From a bacterium (GTDB lineage Bacteria > UBA8248), in the NCBI GenBank assembly GCA_965203325.1, contig OZ241875.1, forward strand, positions 1,696,001 through 1,760,000: a stretch of DNA of 64,000 nucleotides, read 5' to 3'. A program made the translations under genes and the position numbers. Below, one piece after another: positions 9,468 to 17,699 of the stretch (positions are counted from its first letter, which is position 1; every line of letters starts with the position of its first letter). The notes beneath the pieces are model-generated. The model ran no database searches and was not told where the DNA came from. It was given only the letters and a program-made list of their open reading frames with translations.

Positions 9468-10468
9468 CGCCTCCTGTTCGGCCAGGCTTCTGGGTTCAGC
9501 AGATCGGGGGGACGCCCCCCGCGCAGGTAGGCCTTCACGTTTCTCTCCACACGCTCCGAGACCGCGTCCCGGCCCAGATCAGTATTCGTCCCCAGGTGCG
9601 GCATCATGACGACGTTCTTCATCCTGAGAAGCCCCGGGTGCGGCCTGGGTTCATCCTCGAACACGTCCAGCCCAGCACCGCCTAAGCGGCCCGAGCGGAG
9701 CGCGGCGACAAGGGCCTTCTCGTCCAGAATGGGGCCGCGGGCGGTGTTGATGACCACGGCCCCCTCTTTCATCCGGGCGAACTCCTCAGCACCCAGAAGA
9801 TGGCGGGTCTCATCGTTCAGGGCCAGGTGCACGCTCAGGAAATCGGATTCGCGCAAAAGCCCCCCGAAAGCGCGGTAGGAGACGCCCGTCTCCTGCTCCA
9901 TTTCGCGGCTTTTCCTGTTCCGGCTCCAGTAGCGGACCTTCATGCCGAACGCGTTCGCCATGCGCGCCACGGCGCAGCCGATGCGCCCGAGACCCACGAT
10001 ACCGAGCACCCGGCCGTTCAGGCCCCGGCCCTCGAGCAGTGTGGGCGTCCAGCCCTTCCACCGCCCGGTTCTGATATACGAATCCGCCTCCGCCACGCGC
10101 CTGCTCACCGCGAGCAGGAGCGCCATGGCGCATTCCGCCGTGGGTTCCGTGACGACGCCGGGCGTGTTCGTGGCCAGGATTCCCCGCCTGGTGATCTCCC
10201 CCAAATCGAGATTGTTGAAGCCGACCCCGCAGTTGGCGATTAGCTTGAGGCGGGGCGCGGCATCCAGGAACCCGGCGTCTATCTCGTCTCCCACCATCGA
10301 GATGAGGACGTCCGCACCGCGCACGGCGCGTCTGTAGCCGGCGGGAGACGGCTTCACGTCTCTCCCGTGCATGATGAATTCGGTGGAGCGTTTCAGGTCC
10401 TCGAAATGATGCGGCGGGAATCTTCGGGAGAGGAATACGCGCGGGAGCGCCTTGCCGTTCATCTTCAC
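9464..10468 (-). CDS. D-2-hydroxyacid dehydrogenase (glyoxylate/hydroxypyruvate reductase-like)
   Basis: GLGRIG, INTARG, LDVFEDEP and PHLG motifs. Start is GTG 10468 (overlapping the upstream stop) or ATG 10462. Confidence 0.9.
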   Translation of the reverse strand: MKMNGKALPRVFLSRRFPPHHFEDLKRSTEFIMHGRDVKPSPAGYRRAVRGADVLISMVGDEIDAGFLDAAPRLKLIANCGVGFNNLDLGEITRRGILATNTPGVVTEPTAECAMALLLAVSRRVAEADSYIRTGRWKGWTPTLLEGRGLNGRVLGIVGLGRIGCAVARMANAFGMKVRYWSRNRKSREMEQETGVSYRAFGGLLRESDFLSVHLALNDETRHLLGAEEFARMKEGAVVINTARGPILDEKALVAALRSGRLGGAGLDVFEDEPRPHPGLLRMKNVVMMPHLGTNTDLGRDAVSERVERNVKAYLRGGRPPDLLNPEAWPNRRR

Positions 10469-11628
10469 AACCGCTTCACGGCGTCCGCGATGCGGTCCAC
10501 GGCCCGCTCCAGATTCTCCACGCTGTTGGCGAAGCACATCCTGAGGTGATTATCCGCATGGACGCCGAACGCGGAGCCTGGCAGCGTCGCCACGCCGACC
10601 TCGTCGAGAAGATAGTCGGCGAAATCATCCGCGCTCATGGGAATCCGGCTCACGTTGGGGAACGCATAGAAAGCGCCGTCGGGATATTGACAAGAAACGC
10701 CTTCCACCTCGTTGAGACCCGAGATGAAGATGTCGCGCCTGCGCCTGAAATCATCCATCATGGCGCGGCTCTCGGATTGATCCTCCAGAAGTCCCTTCGC
10801 ACCCGCCAGTTGGATAAAAGGCGGCACGCAGCTCACCGAGTTGGTGATGAGCTGGGCGAGCGGCTCGGCGAGCGCGGCCGGTGCGGCGATGAAGCCGAGG
10901 CGCCAGCCGGTCATGGCGTAAGTCTTGGAGAACGTCTCGAGCATGATGGTGCGCTCGCGCATCCCCGGCAGCGTGGCGAGCGATACGTGTTCTCCCTCGA
11001 AGAGCATGTGGGCGTAGACCTCATCCGACAGGACGATGATGTCGTTTTCCACGGCGATCTCCGCGATGGCTTCGAGTTCGTTCCTCGTCAGCGTCCCGCC
11101 GGTGGGGTTGTGCGGGTAGTTCAGGATGAGGAGGCGGGTCTTTTCGGTGACGCGCGCGCGCAGATCGTCGGGCGTGAAGCGGAAGTTGTTCTCCTCCAGT
11201 ATCGGCAGCGGCACGGGCTTCGCGCCCGCATAGAGCGCCACGGACTCGTAGACCGGAAAGCCCGGGTCTGGGTAGATCACCTCATCGCCCGGCCCCGCCG
11301 TCGCCATGATGGTGTAGTAGAGAAACGGCTTGCCTCCCGGACCGACGACAATCTCATCCGGGGAATAATCCCCGCGCCCGTCGCGCCCGAGCCACTCGCA
11401 AGCCGCTTCGCGAAGCTCCAGCACGCCCGCGGAGGGGCAATAGTGCGTCTTGCCCGCCTTGAGTTGCGCATACGCCTCTTCGACGATGCTTGATGGCGTG
11501 TCGAAGTCGGTATCGCCAATCTCCAGGTGGATGATGTCCCGGCCCTGACGCTCCATCTCGCTCGCCTTGGCGAGGACCACGAACGCGCTTTCCGTTTTGA
11601 GCAGATTCATCCGATCAGCCAGACGCAT
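10465..11628 (-). CDS. PLP-dependent aminotransferase class I/II (aspartate aminotransferase-like)
   Basis: NYPHNPTG, SDEVY and FSKTYAMTGWRLG motifs. Confidence 0.93.
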   Translation of the reverse strand: MRLADRMNLLKTESAFVVLAKASEMERQGRDIIHLEIGDTDFDTPSSIVEEAYAQLKAGKTHYCPSAGVLELREAACEWLGRDGRGDYSPDEIVVGPGGKPFLYYTIMATAGPGDEVIYPDPGFPVYESVALYAGAKPVPLPILEENNFRFTPDDLRARVTEKTRLLILNYPHNPTGGTLTRNELEAIAEIAVENDIIVLSDEVYAHMLFEGEHVSLATLPGMRERTIMLETFSKTYAMTGWRLGFIAAPAALAEPLAQLITNSVSCVPPFIQLAGAKGLLEDQSESRAMMDDFRRRRDIFISGLNEVEGVSCQYPDGAFYAFPNVSRIPMSADDFADYLLDEVGVATLPGSAFGVHADNHLRMCFANSVENLERAVDRIADAVKRL

Positions 11629-11645
11629 AATTCATCCCCGTTTCT

Positions 11646-12251
11646 TCAAATCGCCGAGTGAAGAGGCGCGTCCGTCACGACGCCGCACCTCATGAGCATA
11701 TTCAACACTTCCGCGACGGGCAGCCCCACGACGTTGGTGTAGCTTCCCTCCACCCTGTCCACGAGGCTCCCGCCCATCCCCTGAATCGCGTACGCGCCCG
11801 CCTTGTCCATCGGCTCGCCGCTCTCGGCGTAGCGCGCGATGGCCTCCTCGTCAAGCAGCCGGAACGACACCTTGGTCGATACCGCCTCCTCGTGGTTGGA
11901 TTCCGGCCCCCGGAGCGTGAACGCGGTGATCACCTCGTGCGTCCGCCCCGAAAGCAACCCCAGCATGCGCGCGGCGTCGCACGCGCTCGAAGGCTTTCCC
12001 AGAATCTCCCCGTCGAGAACGACCACCGTATCGGCGCCGAGAACGAACGCGCCCGGATTCATCTTCGCCACGCAACCCGCCTTCGCCTGTGCGCGGCGCA
12101 TGGCCTCCTCTTCGGCCGCAAGCCCCGGCGCGACCTCCTCCTCCACGTCCGGGGGCGCTGGCGCGACGCCGAAAACAAGGCCCGCATCTTCCAGGAGCCG
12201 TTTTCTGCGCGGGGAACCCGAAGCCAGAATGAAATGCTGAAGCTGTCGCAA
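11646..12251 (-). CDS. maf: Maf family nucleoside triphosphate pyrophosphatase (start uncertain)
   Basis: ILASGSPRR, GADTVV, DKAGAYAIQG and NVVGLP motifs. Confidence 0.9.
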   Translation of the reverse strand: MRQLQHFILASGSPRRKRLLEDAGLVFGVAPAPPDVEEEVAPGLAAEEEAMRRAQAKAGCVAKMNPGAFVLGADTVVVLDGEILGKPSSACDAARMLGLLSGRTHEVITAFTLRGPESNHEEAVSTKVSFRLLDEEAIARYAESGEPMDKAGAYAIQGMGGSLVDRVEGSYTNVVGLPVAEVLNMLMRCGVVTDAPLHSAI

Positions 12252-12270
12252 GAGCCGGGCCTGCGGAGGG

Positions 12271-13248
12271 CTAATTGTCCCGATCGACAATGTAGTCGGC
12301 GACGTCGCGCAGCACGTCGACATGGAAGGAATCCGGCAGAATGGAGAGGGCCGCCTTCCCCGCCTCCACGTATCCCCGCGCCCTGTCGAGGGTGTAGTCC
12401 ACCGCGCCGTACTTGTTCATCAATTCGAGAACGTCGTCCAGGTCTTCCGCCCGGATGTCATCCGCGTGGACCACCAGGTGGTTCAACCGCTCGAACTCCG
12501 CCTCCGTGGCCCGGGCGCAGACCCGGAGCAAGGGCAGCGTCACGTTCCCCTCGCGGAGGTCCTCGCCCACGGATTTTCCCGTTATCTGTGCATCGCCCAT
12601 GTAGTCGAGGGCGTCATCGACGAGTTGAAAGGCGTAGCCGATCTGGACGCCGAACTGGTGGAGCGCGTTCGCTATCGTGGGCGGGCTGTCGGGGATCAGG
12701 GCGCCGACGCGGCAGCTCGCGGCGATGAGGGCCGCCGTCTTGCGGTAGATGACGTCGAGGTATTCCTCTTCGGTGAGCTTCAGGTTGTACATGTTGACCA
12801 GCTGGAGGACTTCTCCTTCCGAGAGCAGGGTGCAGGCCTCGCTCATGGTCTCGATGATCCGCAAGTCGGCGTCCGCGGACATGAGGGAGAAACTCTTGGC
12901 GAAGAGGAAATCGCCCACCAGCACGCTCGTCTCGTTGTTCCACTTCGCGTTGGCGGACGGGTTGCCCCGCCGCATCTGCGCGTCATCCACCACGTCGTCG
13001 TGCAGTAGCGTGGCCGTGTGGATGTACTCTACGACGCAGCCCATCGTCGTGGCGCGGCGCCCCTCGTAGCCGCACGCCTTGGCGACGAGCACCAGGAGCA
13101 TCGGGCGGATTCTCTTGCCGCCGGAGCCGATGAGGTAATCACTCACGTCGGGTATCAGGACGACGTCCGAATGGAAATTCGCGTGAATCGCTTCTTCCAC
13201 TTCCTTCATCTCGGAAGCGATTGAATCGGCAATCTCAGAAAATTTCAT
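12271..13248 (-). CDS. ispB: Polyprenyl (octaprenyl-type) diphosphate synthase
   Basis: GGKRIRP, LLHDDVVD..RRG and FQLVDDALD motifs. Confidence 0.9.
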   Translation of the reverse strand: MKFSEIADSIASEMKEVEEAIHANFHSDVVLIPDVSDYLIGSGGKRIRPMLLVLVAKACGYEGRRATTMGCVVEYIHTATLLHDDVVDDAQMRRGNPSANAKWNNETSVLVGDFLFAKSFSLMSADADLRIIETMSEACTLLSEGEVLQLVNMYNLKLTEEEYLDVIYRKTAALIAASCRVGALIPDSPPTIANALHQFGVQIGYAFQLVDDALDYMGDAQITGKSVGEDLREGNVTLPLLRVCARATEAEFERLNHLVVHADDIRAEDLDDVLELMNKYGAVDYTLDRARGYVEAGKAALSILPDSFHVDVLRDVADYIVDRDN

Positions 13249-13337
13249 TTCGCCTCCGAGCGACAAAAAACGTCTCCTGAACCGGGGCTTTGATTTCCAC
13301 GACCATTTTCCCCGATACAGGATATCAAAAGCAATTC

Positions 13338-13366
13338 AATCTATTGAGGAGGCCCACGGGTGTCAA
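13338..13366 (-). promoter_or_regulatory. sigma70 promoter for the ispB-maf operon
   Basis: TTGACA-17-TAGATT on the minus strand. Confidence 0.6.
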
Positions 13367-13455
13367 GGCGATGAAACGCCCCTTTTCCTCAAGGCGAAGC
13401 TCGGCTATGTTGCCAGAAACGAGGCGTTTGTCCAACTAACGGGAGAGTTACGGTC

Positions 13456-13833
13456 TTGCAAAGAAAAATCCGGATCACCGCCGGCAGCGTCAGGGTGGAA
13501 GCCGAACTCACGGAGAGCGAAACCGCGAACGCCTTCTGGGAGGCCTTGCCGATCACCGGCGCTGCGAACGTATGGGGCGAGGAAATCTATTTCCAGATCC
13601 CCGTAGACGCGCCGCTTGAGGATTCCGCGCGCGAGGAGATGGAGGTCGGCGAGATCGCCTACTGGCCGCCCGGCAGCGCGTTCTGCATCTTTTTCGGCCG
13701 CACGCCTGCGAGCGTGGACGATGCGCCCCGCGCGGCCAGCCCCGTGAACCCGCTGGGCAGGGTGGCGGGCGACCCGAAAGATTTTCTGAGCGTCCGCTCG
13801 GGAGAAGAGGTTCGCCTGGAGAGAGCATCGTGA
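13456..13833 (+). CDS. Cyclophilin-like fold protein (TM1367/DUF369-like)
   Basis: WGEEIYF and GEIAYWPPGSAFCIFFGRTP motifs. Confidence 0.85.
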   Translation: MQRKIRITAGSVRVEAELTESETANAFWEALPITGAANVWGEEIYFQIPVDAPLEDSAREEMEVGEIAYWPPGSAFCIFFGRTPASVDDAPRAASPVNPLGRVAGDPKDFLSVRSGEEVRLERAS

Positions 13834-15083
13834 ATCCCGGTGAGCCGAAAGACCTCTCGGTCCTGGTCCATTACGACGAGATCGGGCTCAAGGGGAAAAA
13901 CCGCCCGCTGTTCATCGAGCGCCTCGCGAAGCGGATCGAACGCGCGGCCTCGTTATTTTGCGAAGCGAAAGTCAGGAAACGCACGGGAAGGCTTGTTCTC
14001 GAAACGAGCGGCCTGGAAGACCCCGACGCTCTGGTAGAGGCCCTCAGGAAAGTATTCGGGGTGGCCTATTTCGCCCGGGCGCAAAGCGTTCCGCTCGACA
14101 TCGAGGCGGCGGCGAAAGTCGCGCTCGAAATGATCGCCCCTCTTAAAACCGAAAGTTTTCGCGTCCGCACCCGGAGATCGTTCCCGGCCACGCCCGTCAG
14201 CACGCGGGAGTGGGACAGGGCCATCGGCGCCGCGATCCAGGCCAGAAGGCACCTGCCGGTCGACCTGGATCGCCCCGGCCTCACGGTGCACGTCGAGGCC
14301 ATCCCGAGGGAAGCCTGGGTGTACGCCGAGAAAATTCCCGGCCCCGGCGGCCTGCCCACAGGCTCGCTCGGGAGGGTGGCGGCGCTCCTCTCGGGCGGCA
14401 TCGACTCCCCCCTGGCCGCCTGGCGGGTCATGAAGCGCGGCTGCGAGGTGGTGTTCATCCATTTTCACGGCGCGCCCTATCTCAGCCGCGCCTCCGCCGA
14501 GAAGGCGAAAGACCTGGCCGGCGTGCTGAACGGCTACCAGCTGGGGAGCAGGCTCTACATGGTGCCGTTCGGCAACCTGCAGAAAGAGATCGTCCTCGCC
14601 ACGCAGCCCGAGTACCGCGTCGTGCTCTACCGCCGGTTCATGGCGCGCATCGGGGAGCGGATAGCCGGGCTCGAGAACGCCCGCGCCCTGGTCACCGGAG
14701 AGAGCCTGGGACAGGTGGCGAGCCAGACGCTGCAGAACCTCGCCGCCATCGAGGACGCGGTGCAGACCCCGATCCTGAGGCCCCTGATCGGCATGGACAA
14801 GGACGAGATCATCGAGGGGGCGAAAGCACTCGGCACGTTCGAGATTTCCATCGAACCCGACCAGGACTGCTGCTCGCTGTTCGTGCCCAAACACCCCGCC
14901 ATCCGCTCGCACGCGGGCCACCTGCGCGGGCTGGAATCGCGCCTGCCCGTCGGGGAGATGATCGAGAAGGTCATCCAGGAGACCGAGATCATCGATTTCG
15001 AAGCGGACGGCCGGACCAGTAATCATTCCTTCGCCGAGATCCATCCCGCTGAAGAGGAAGCGGCCACCGCGCCGAACCCGTAG
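13830..15083 (+). CDS. thiI: tRNA 4-thiouridine synthase ThiI (no rhodanese domain)
   Basis: EIGLKGKNR, THUMP region, LLSGGIDSP PP-loop, TGESLGQVASQT and DCC motifs. Confidence 0.93.
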   Translation: MNPGEPKDLSVLVHYDEIGLKGKNRPLFIERLAKRIERAASLFCEAKVRKRTGRLVLETSGLEDPDALVEALRKVFGVAYFARAQSVPLDIEAAAKVALEMIAPLKTESFRVRTRRSFPATPVSTREWDRAIGAAIQARRHLPVDLDRPGLTVHVEAIPREAWVYAEKIPGPGGLPTGSLGRVAALLSGGIDSPLAAWRVMKRGCEVVFIHFHGAPYLSRASAEKAKDLAGVLNGYQLGSRLYMVPFGNLQKEIVLATQPEYRVVLYRRFMARIGERIAGLENARALVTGESLGQVASQTLQNLAAIEDAVQTPILRPLIGMDKDEIIEGAKALGTFEISIEPDQDCCSLFVPKHPAIRSHAGHLRGLESRLPVGEMIEKVIQETEIIDFEADGRTSNHSFAEIHPAEEEAATAPNP

Positions 15084-15246
15084 GCAATCGGGCGGACACA
15101 CCGGTCCTCGGCCAGGCGCGGCCTCGGACAGGTCACGACCTGTCCGCTACGGGGTATCGCTTCCTCGGTCGGTTCGATTGCCCCTCACTTGTTGAAAGGC
15201 AACCCCCCCTACCCCGAGGAGAATCCTAAATTCACTCCCCCCTTGA

Positions 15247-16764
15247 AGGGCCTGTTGAAAAACCCCTGGTTTTGTGATCGTATGGAGTTATCCCCCCTCG
15301 CCCGAGATGGGAGTTCCCGAGATGATGGGCAGCAGGAGGCGCGAGCAGATGGAATTGTTCGTGGCCGGTTCCATGGAGCAGTTGATTCCCGAAGATCACA
15401 TATTGCGCCAGGTGGACCTCGTGCTGGATTTGAGCTGGCTTCGCGAGGAGGTGGCGGAGTGCTATTGCGCGGACAACGGTCGACCGGGGATCGACCCCGA
15501 GGTGGTGGTTCGGTTGATGCTGGCGGGTTTTCTGCTGGGCTACGCGCAGGACCGCCGCCTGCTGCGCGAGGCGCAGGCGCATCTGGCGATCCGGTGGTTC
15601 ATCGGTTACGAGTTGCACGAGGAGTTGCCGGATCATTCGAGCCTGACGCGTATCCGCCAGCGGTGGGGGGAGGCGCGCTTCAAGGAGATATTCCGGCGCA
15701 CGGTGCGGGCGTGTCTGGACGCGAGGGTGGCGAAGGGAGAAGTGGTTCACATGGACGCTTCGTTGATACGTGCGGACGTGAGCTGGGAGAGTCTGGCGGA
15801 GCGCCACGCGGAGAAGGTGGTGCGGGAGAACGACTCGGAGGATGAGGGCGGGAAGAAGGGCGGCGGCGGGGGTTCGGGTCCTGTGAGCCGAACGGACCCC
15901 GACGCTCGCCTGGCGCGCAAGAGCGCTCGGGCGGGGTTCGAGCCGAGCTACAAGCACCACGCGGTGGTGGACGATGAGCGGGGCGTTGTCCTCGACGTTG
16001 CGGTGACGGAGGGGACGTTGAACGAGCGGGAGATGATGGAGCCGCAGTTGGATGCGGTTTGCGAGCTCACGGGTCGCGCGCCCGCGGTGGTGACGGCGGA
16101 TTCGGGCTATGCGTACTCGAAGGTGTACGGCGCATTGGAGCGTCGGGGGGTGGACGCGGTGATACCGGCGAAGAAGGAGCCTTCCCAGAGCCGGGTGCCG
16201 TTGCAGCTGTTCCGCTACGATGAGCGTCACAAGGTGGTGAAGTGTCCAGGGGGCAAGACGCTGCGCCCCCGGAAGGAGACGGAGCGGGGTCGCTACTATG
16301 TATCGAGGACGCGCGATTGCGCGGGCTGCGCGCTCAGGGCCGATTGTCTGTCGAAGTCCCGCACGAGCCGGACGGTGCTGGTTCCGCATGAGTATCCGGC
16401 GCTGTTGCGCGCGCGCCGTCGCCACGCGCGCCGTGGGGAGGAGGAGGGTCGGCTGTGGCGCCGGCACATGGGTCGCTCCGAAGGCTATCACGGCGAGGCG
16501 AAGAGTTGGCACGGACTGGGGCGGGCGGTGCGCCGGGGTCTGGACAATATGAAGATCCAGGCCTACCTGACGGCGACTGCGGTGAACCTCAAGCGGCTCG
16601 CCGCCGCTGTTGCGGCGCGTTTATTCGCTCTGTGGAGGGCCTGCGCCGCCCGGAAACGCCGAATGAGCGCCTATCGCGGCTTCACGCACCGATTGGGCTT
16701 GATCTCCCAAGCCGCCTGAGCCGCTATTCAGCCCGCACCAAAACGGGGTTTTTCAACAGGCCCC
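15247..16764 (+). mobile_element. IS1182-family insertion sequence
   Basis: 19-bp IRs GGGCCTGTTGAAAAACCCC (15248-15266) and its reverse complement (16745-16763); TTGA duplicated at 15243-46 and 16765-68. Confidence 0.88.
15322..16719 (+). CDS. IS1182-family transposase
   Basis: LIPEDHILRQVD...GRPGIDPE...LPDHSSLTRIRQR, HMDAS, TDPDAR, ADSGY and a Cys-rich insertion. Confidence 0.9.
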   Translation: MMGSRRREQMELFVAGSMEQLIPEDHILRQVDLVLDLSWLREEVAECYCADNGRPGIDPEVVVRLMLAGFLLGYAQDRRLLREAQAHLAIRWFIGYELHEELPDHSSLTRIRQRWGEARFKEIFRRTVRACLDARVAKGEVVHMDASLIRADVSWESLAERHAEKVVRENDSEDEGGKKGGGGGSGPVSRTDPDARLARKSARAGFEPSYKHHAVVDDERGVVLDVAVTEGTLNEREMMEPQLDAVCELTGRAPAVVTADSGYAYSKVYGALERRGVDAVIPAKKEPSQSRVPLQLFRYDERHKVVKCPGGKTLRPRKETERGRYYVSRTRDCAGCALRADCLSKSRTSRTVLVPHEYPALLRARRRHARRGEEEGRLWRRHMGRSEGYHGEAKSWHGLGRAVRRGLDNMKIQAYLTATAVNLKRLAAAVAARLFALWRACAARKRRMSAYRGFTHRLGLISQAA

Positions 16765-16796
16765 TTGAGGGGGGTTATTTCTCATCCGATAAAAAT

Positions 16797-16977
16797 GGAT
16801 CAACTCCCCCCTTGAGGGGGAGTCGAAGAGCTAAGGGCGAAGCCCGCAAGCGATTCGGTGGGGGGACATGCCACGGATAGAAGCTCCCCCCACCACATCG
16901 GCCTTCGCATAAACCGCTCAGCTTCTGTCGGGCTTTCCCCTCGGGAAGCCCGACCCCCTCAAGGGGGGAGTTGATTT
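16797..16977. repeat. ~180-bp MITE-like element with TCAACTCCCCCCTTGAGGGGG inverted ends
   Basis: Terminal inverted repeats; the body matches the reverse complement of the IS256-interrupted copy at ~24017-25567. Confidence 0.8.
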
Positions 16978-16989
16978 CCTCTCTCCTTG

Positions 16990-17226
16990 GGTAGGAGCCC
17001 CGGACAGGTCGCGACCTGTCCCTACAAACCGCAAAATCGCAACGAACCCGTAGGGGCGGCCCCCCGTGGCCGCCCGTATAGAAAACATCCATTCCCGTGG
17101 TTGTCCTTCGTCAGGACAGGCACGGGGGCCTGTCCCTACAGATGCGATTCGGTTTTGTTCGTCATTCCGGGGTTCGGCGGTACATCGAAGGGCCGTCATC
17201 CGCATATTAACCGGCGCAGGGATGAC
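16990..17226. repeat. REP-like hairpin cluster
   Basis: GGACAGGTCGCGACCTGTCCCTAC, GTAGGGGCGGCCCCCCGTGGCCGCCC and GGACAGGCACGGGGGCCTGTCCCTAC units. Confidence 0.8.
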
Positions 17227-17265
17227 GTCGGGGGTCGATTTCGACCGAAACGGCTTTGCTGGAGT

Positions 17266-17464
17266 CCGATAATTGTCGTTATCAGAAAATATAACACCTC
17301 TCACGGCCATGTCAAGCGCAATTCCGGCGTCTCCGGAGGGGTTTCGGGCGCCGTTTTGCGCCTATTTTCGTTTATATTTCGCTCGTTTGCGGCCCCAATG
17401 CGCCCCGAATCGGGTTTTTCGGCGGAAAACGGGGCTTCTGGGGGCCGATAACGACAATTAACGG
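17266..17464. promoter_or_regulatory. Putative invertible promoter segment between inverted recombinase-like sites
   Basis: CCGATAA-TTGTCG-TTATCAG (17266-85) and CCGATAA-CGACAA-TTAACGG (17445-64); internal minus-strand TTGACA-16-TATATT with TGn extension (17288-17315). Confidence 0.6.
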
Positions 17465-17699
17465 CGCCCAGGCCGGGAAAGGTGGGCGTATACCGCAGGA
17501 ATCCGCCTCTCGCGGAAAGACTCACTACCGGCCCGGACGATGAAAGGGTTCAAGTCCGCCGTATTTCAGGCGGCCGAAAATACGAATCACCAGTTTGTGA
17601 AGACCCGAAATGAAAGCTGACGAAAGGAGGTTAATCGGAGAAAGCCGGAAATTCACTGAAAATCCCTTTTTCTACTGTGTATTCAGGAGGACTCACTAA

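Noticed and set aside
17266..17285. GATAATTGTCGTTATC as a simple Fur box or the chromosomal dif site
   Set aside because: The Fur resemblance is only partial and does not explain the identical inverted spacers bracketing a promoter. The right arm lacks the typical XerD TTATGT.AA sequence, and dif is normally single. Kept only as alternatives.
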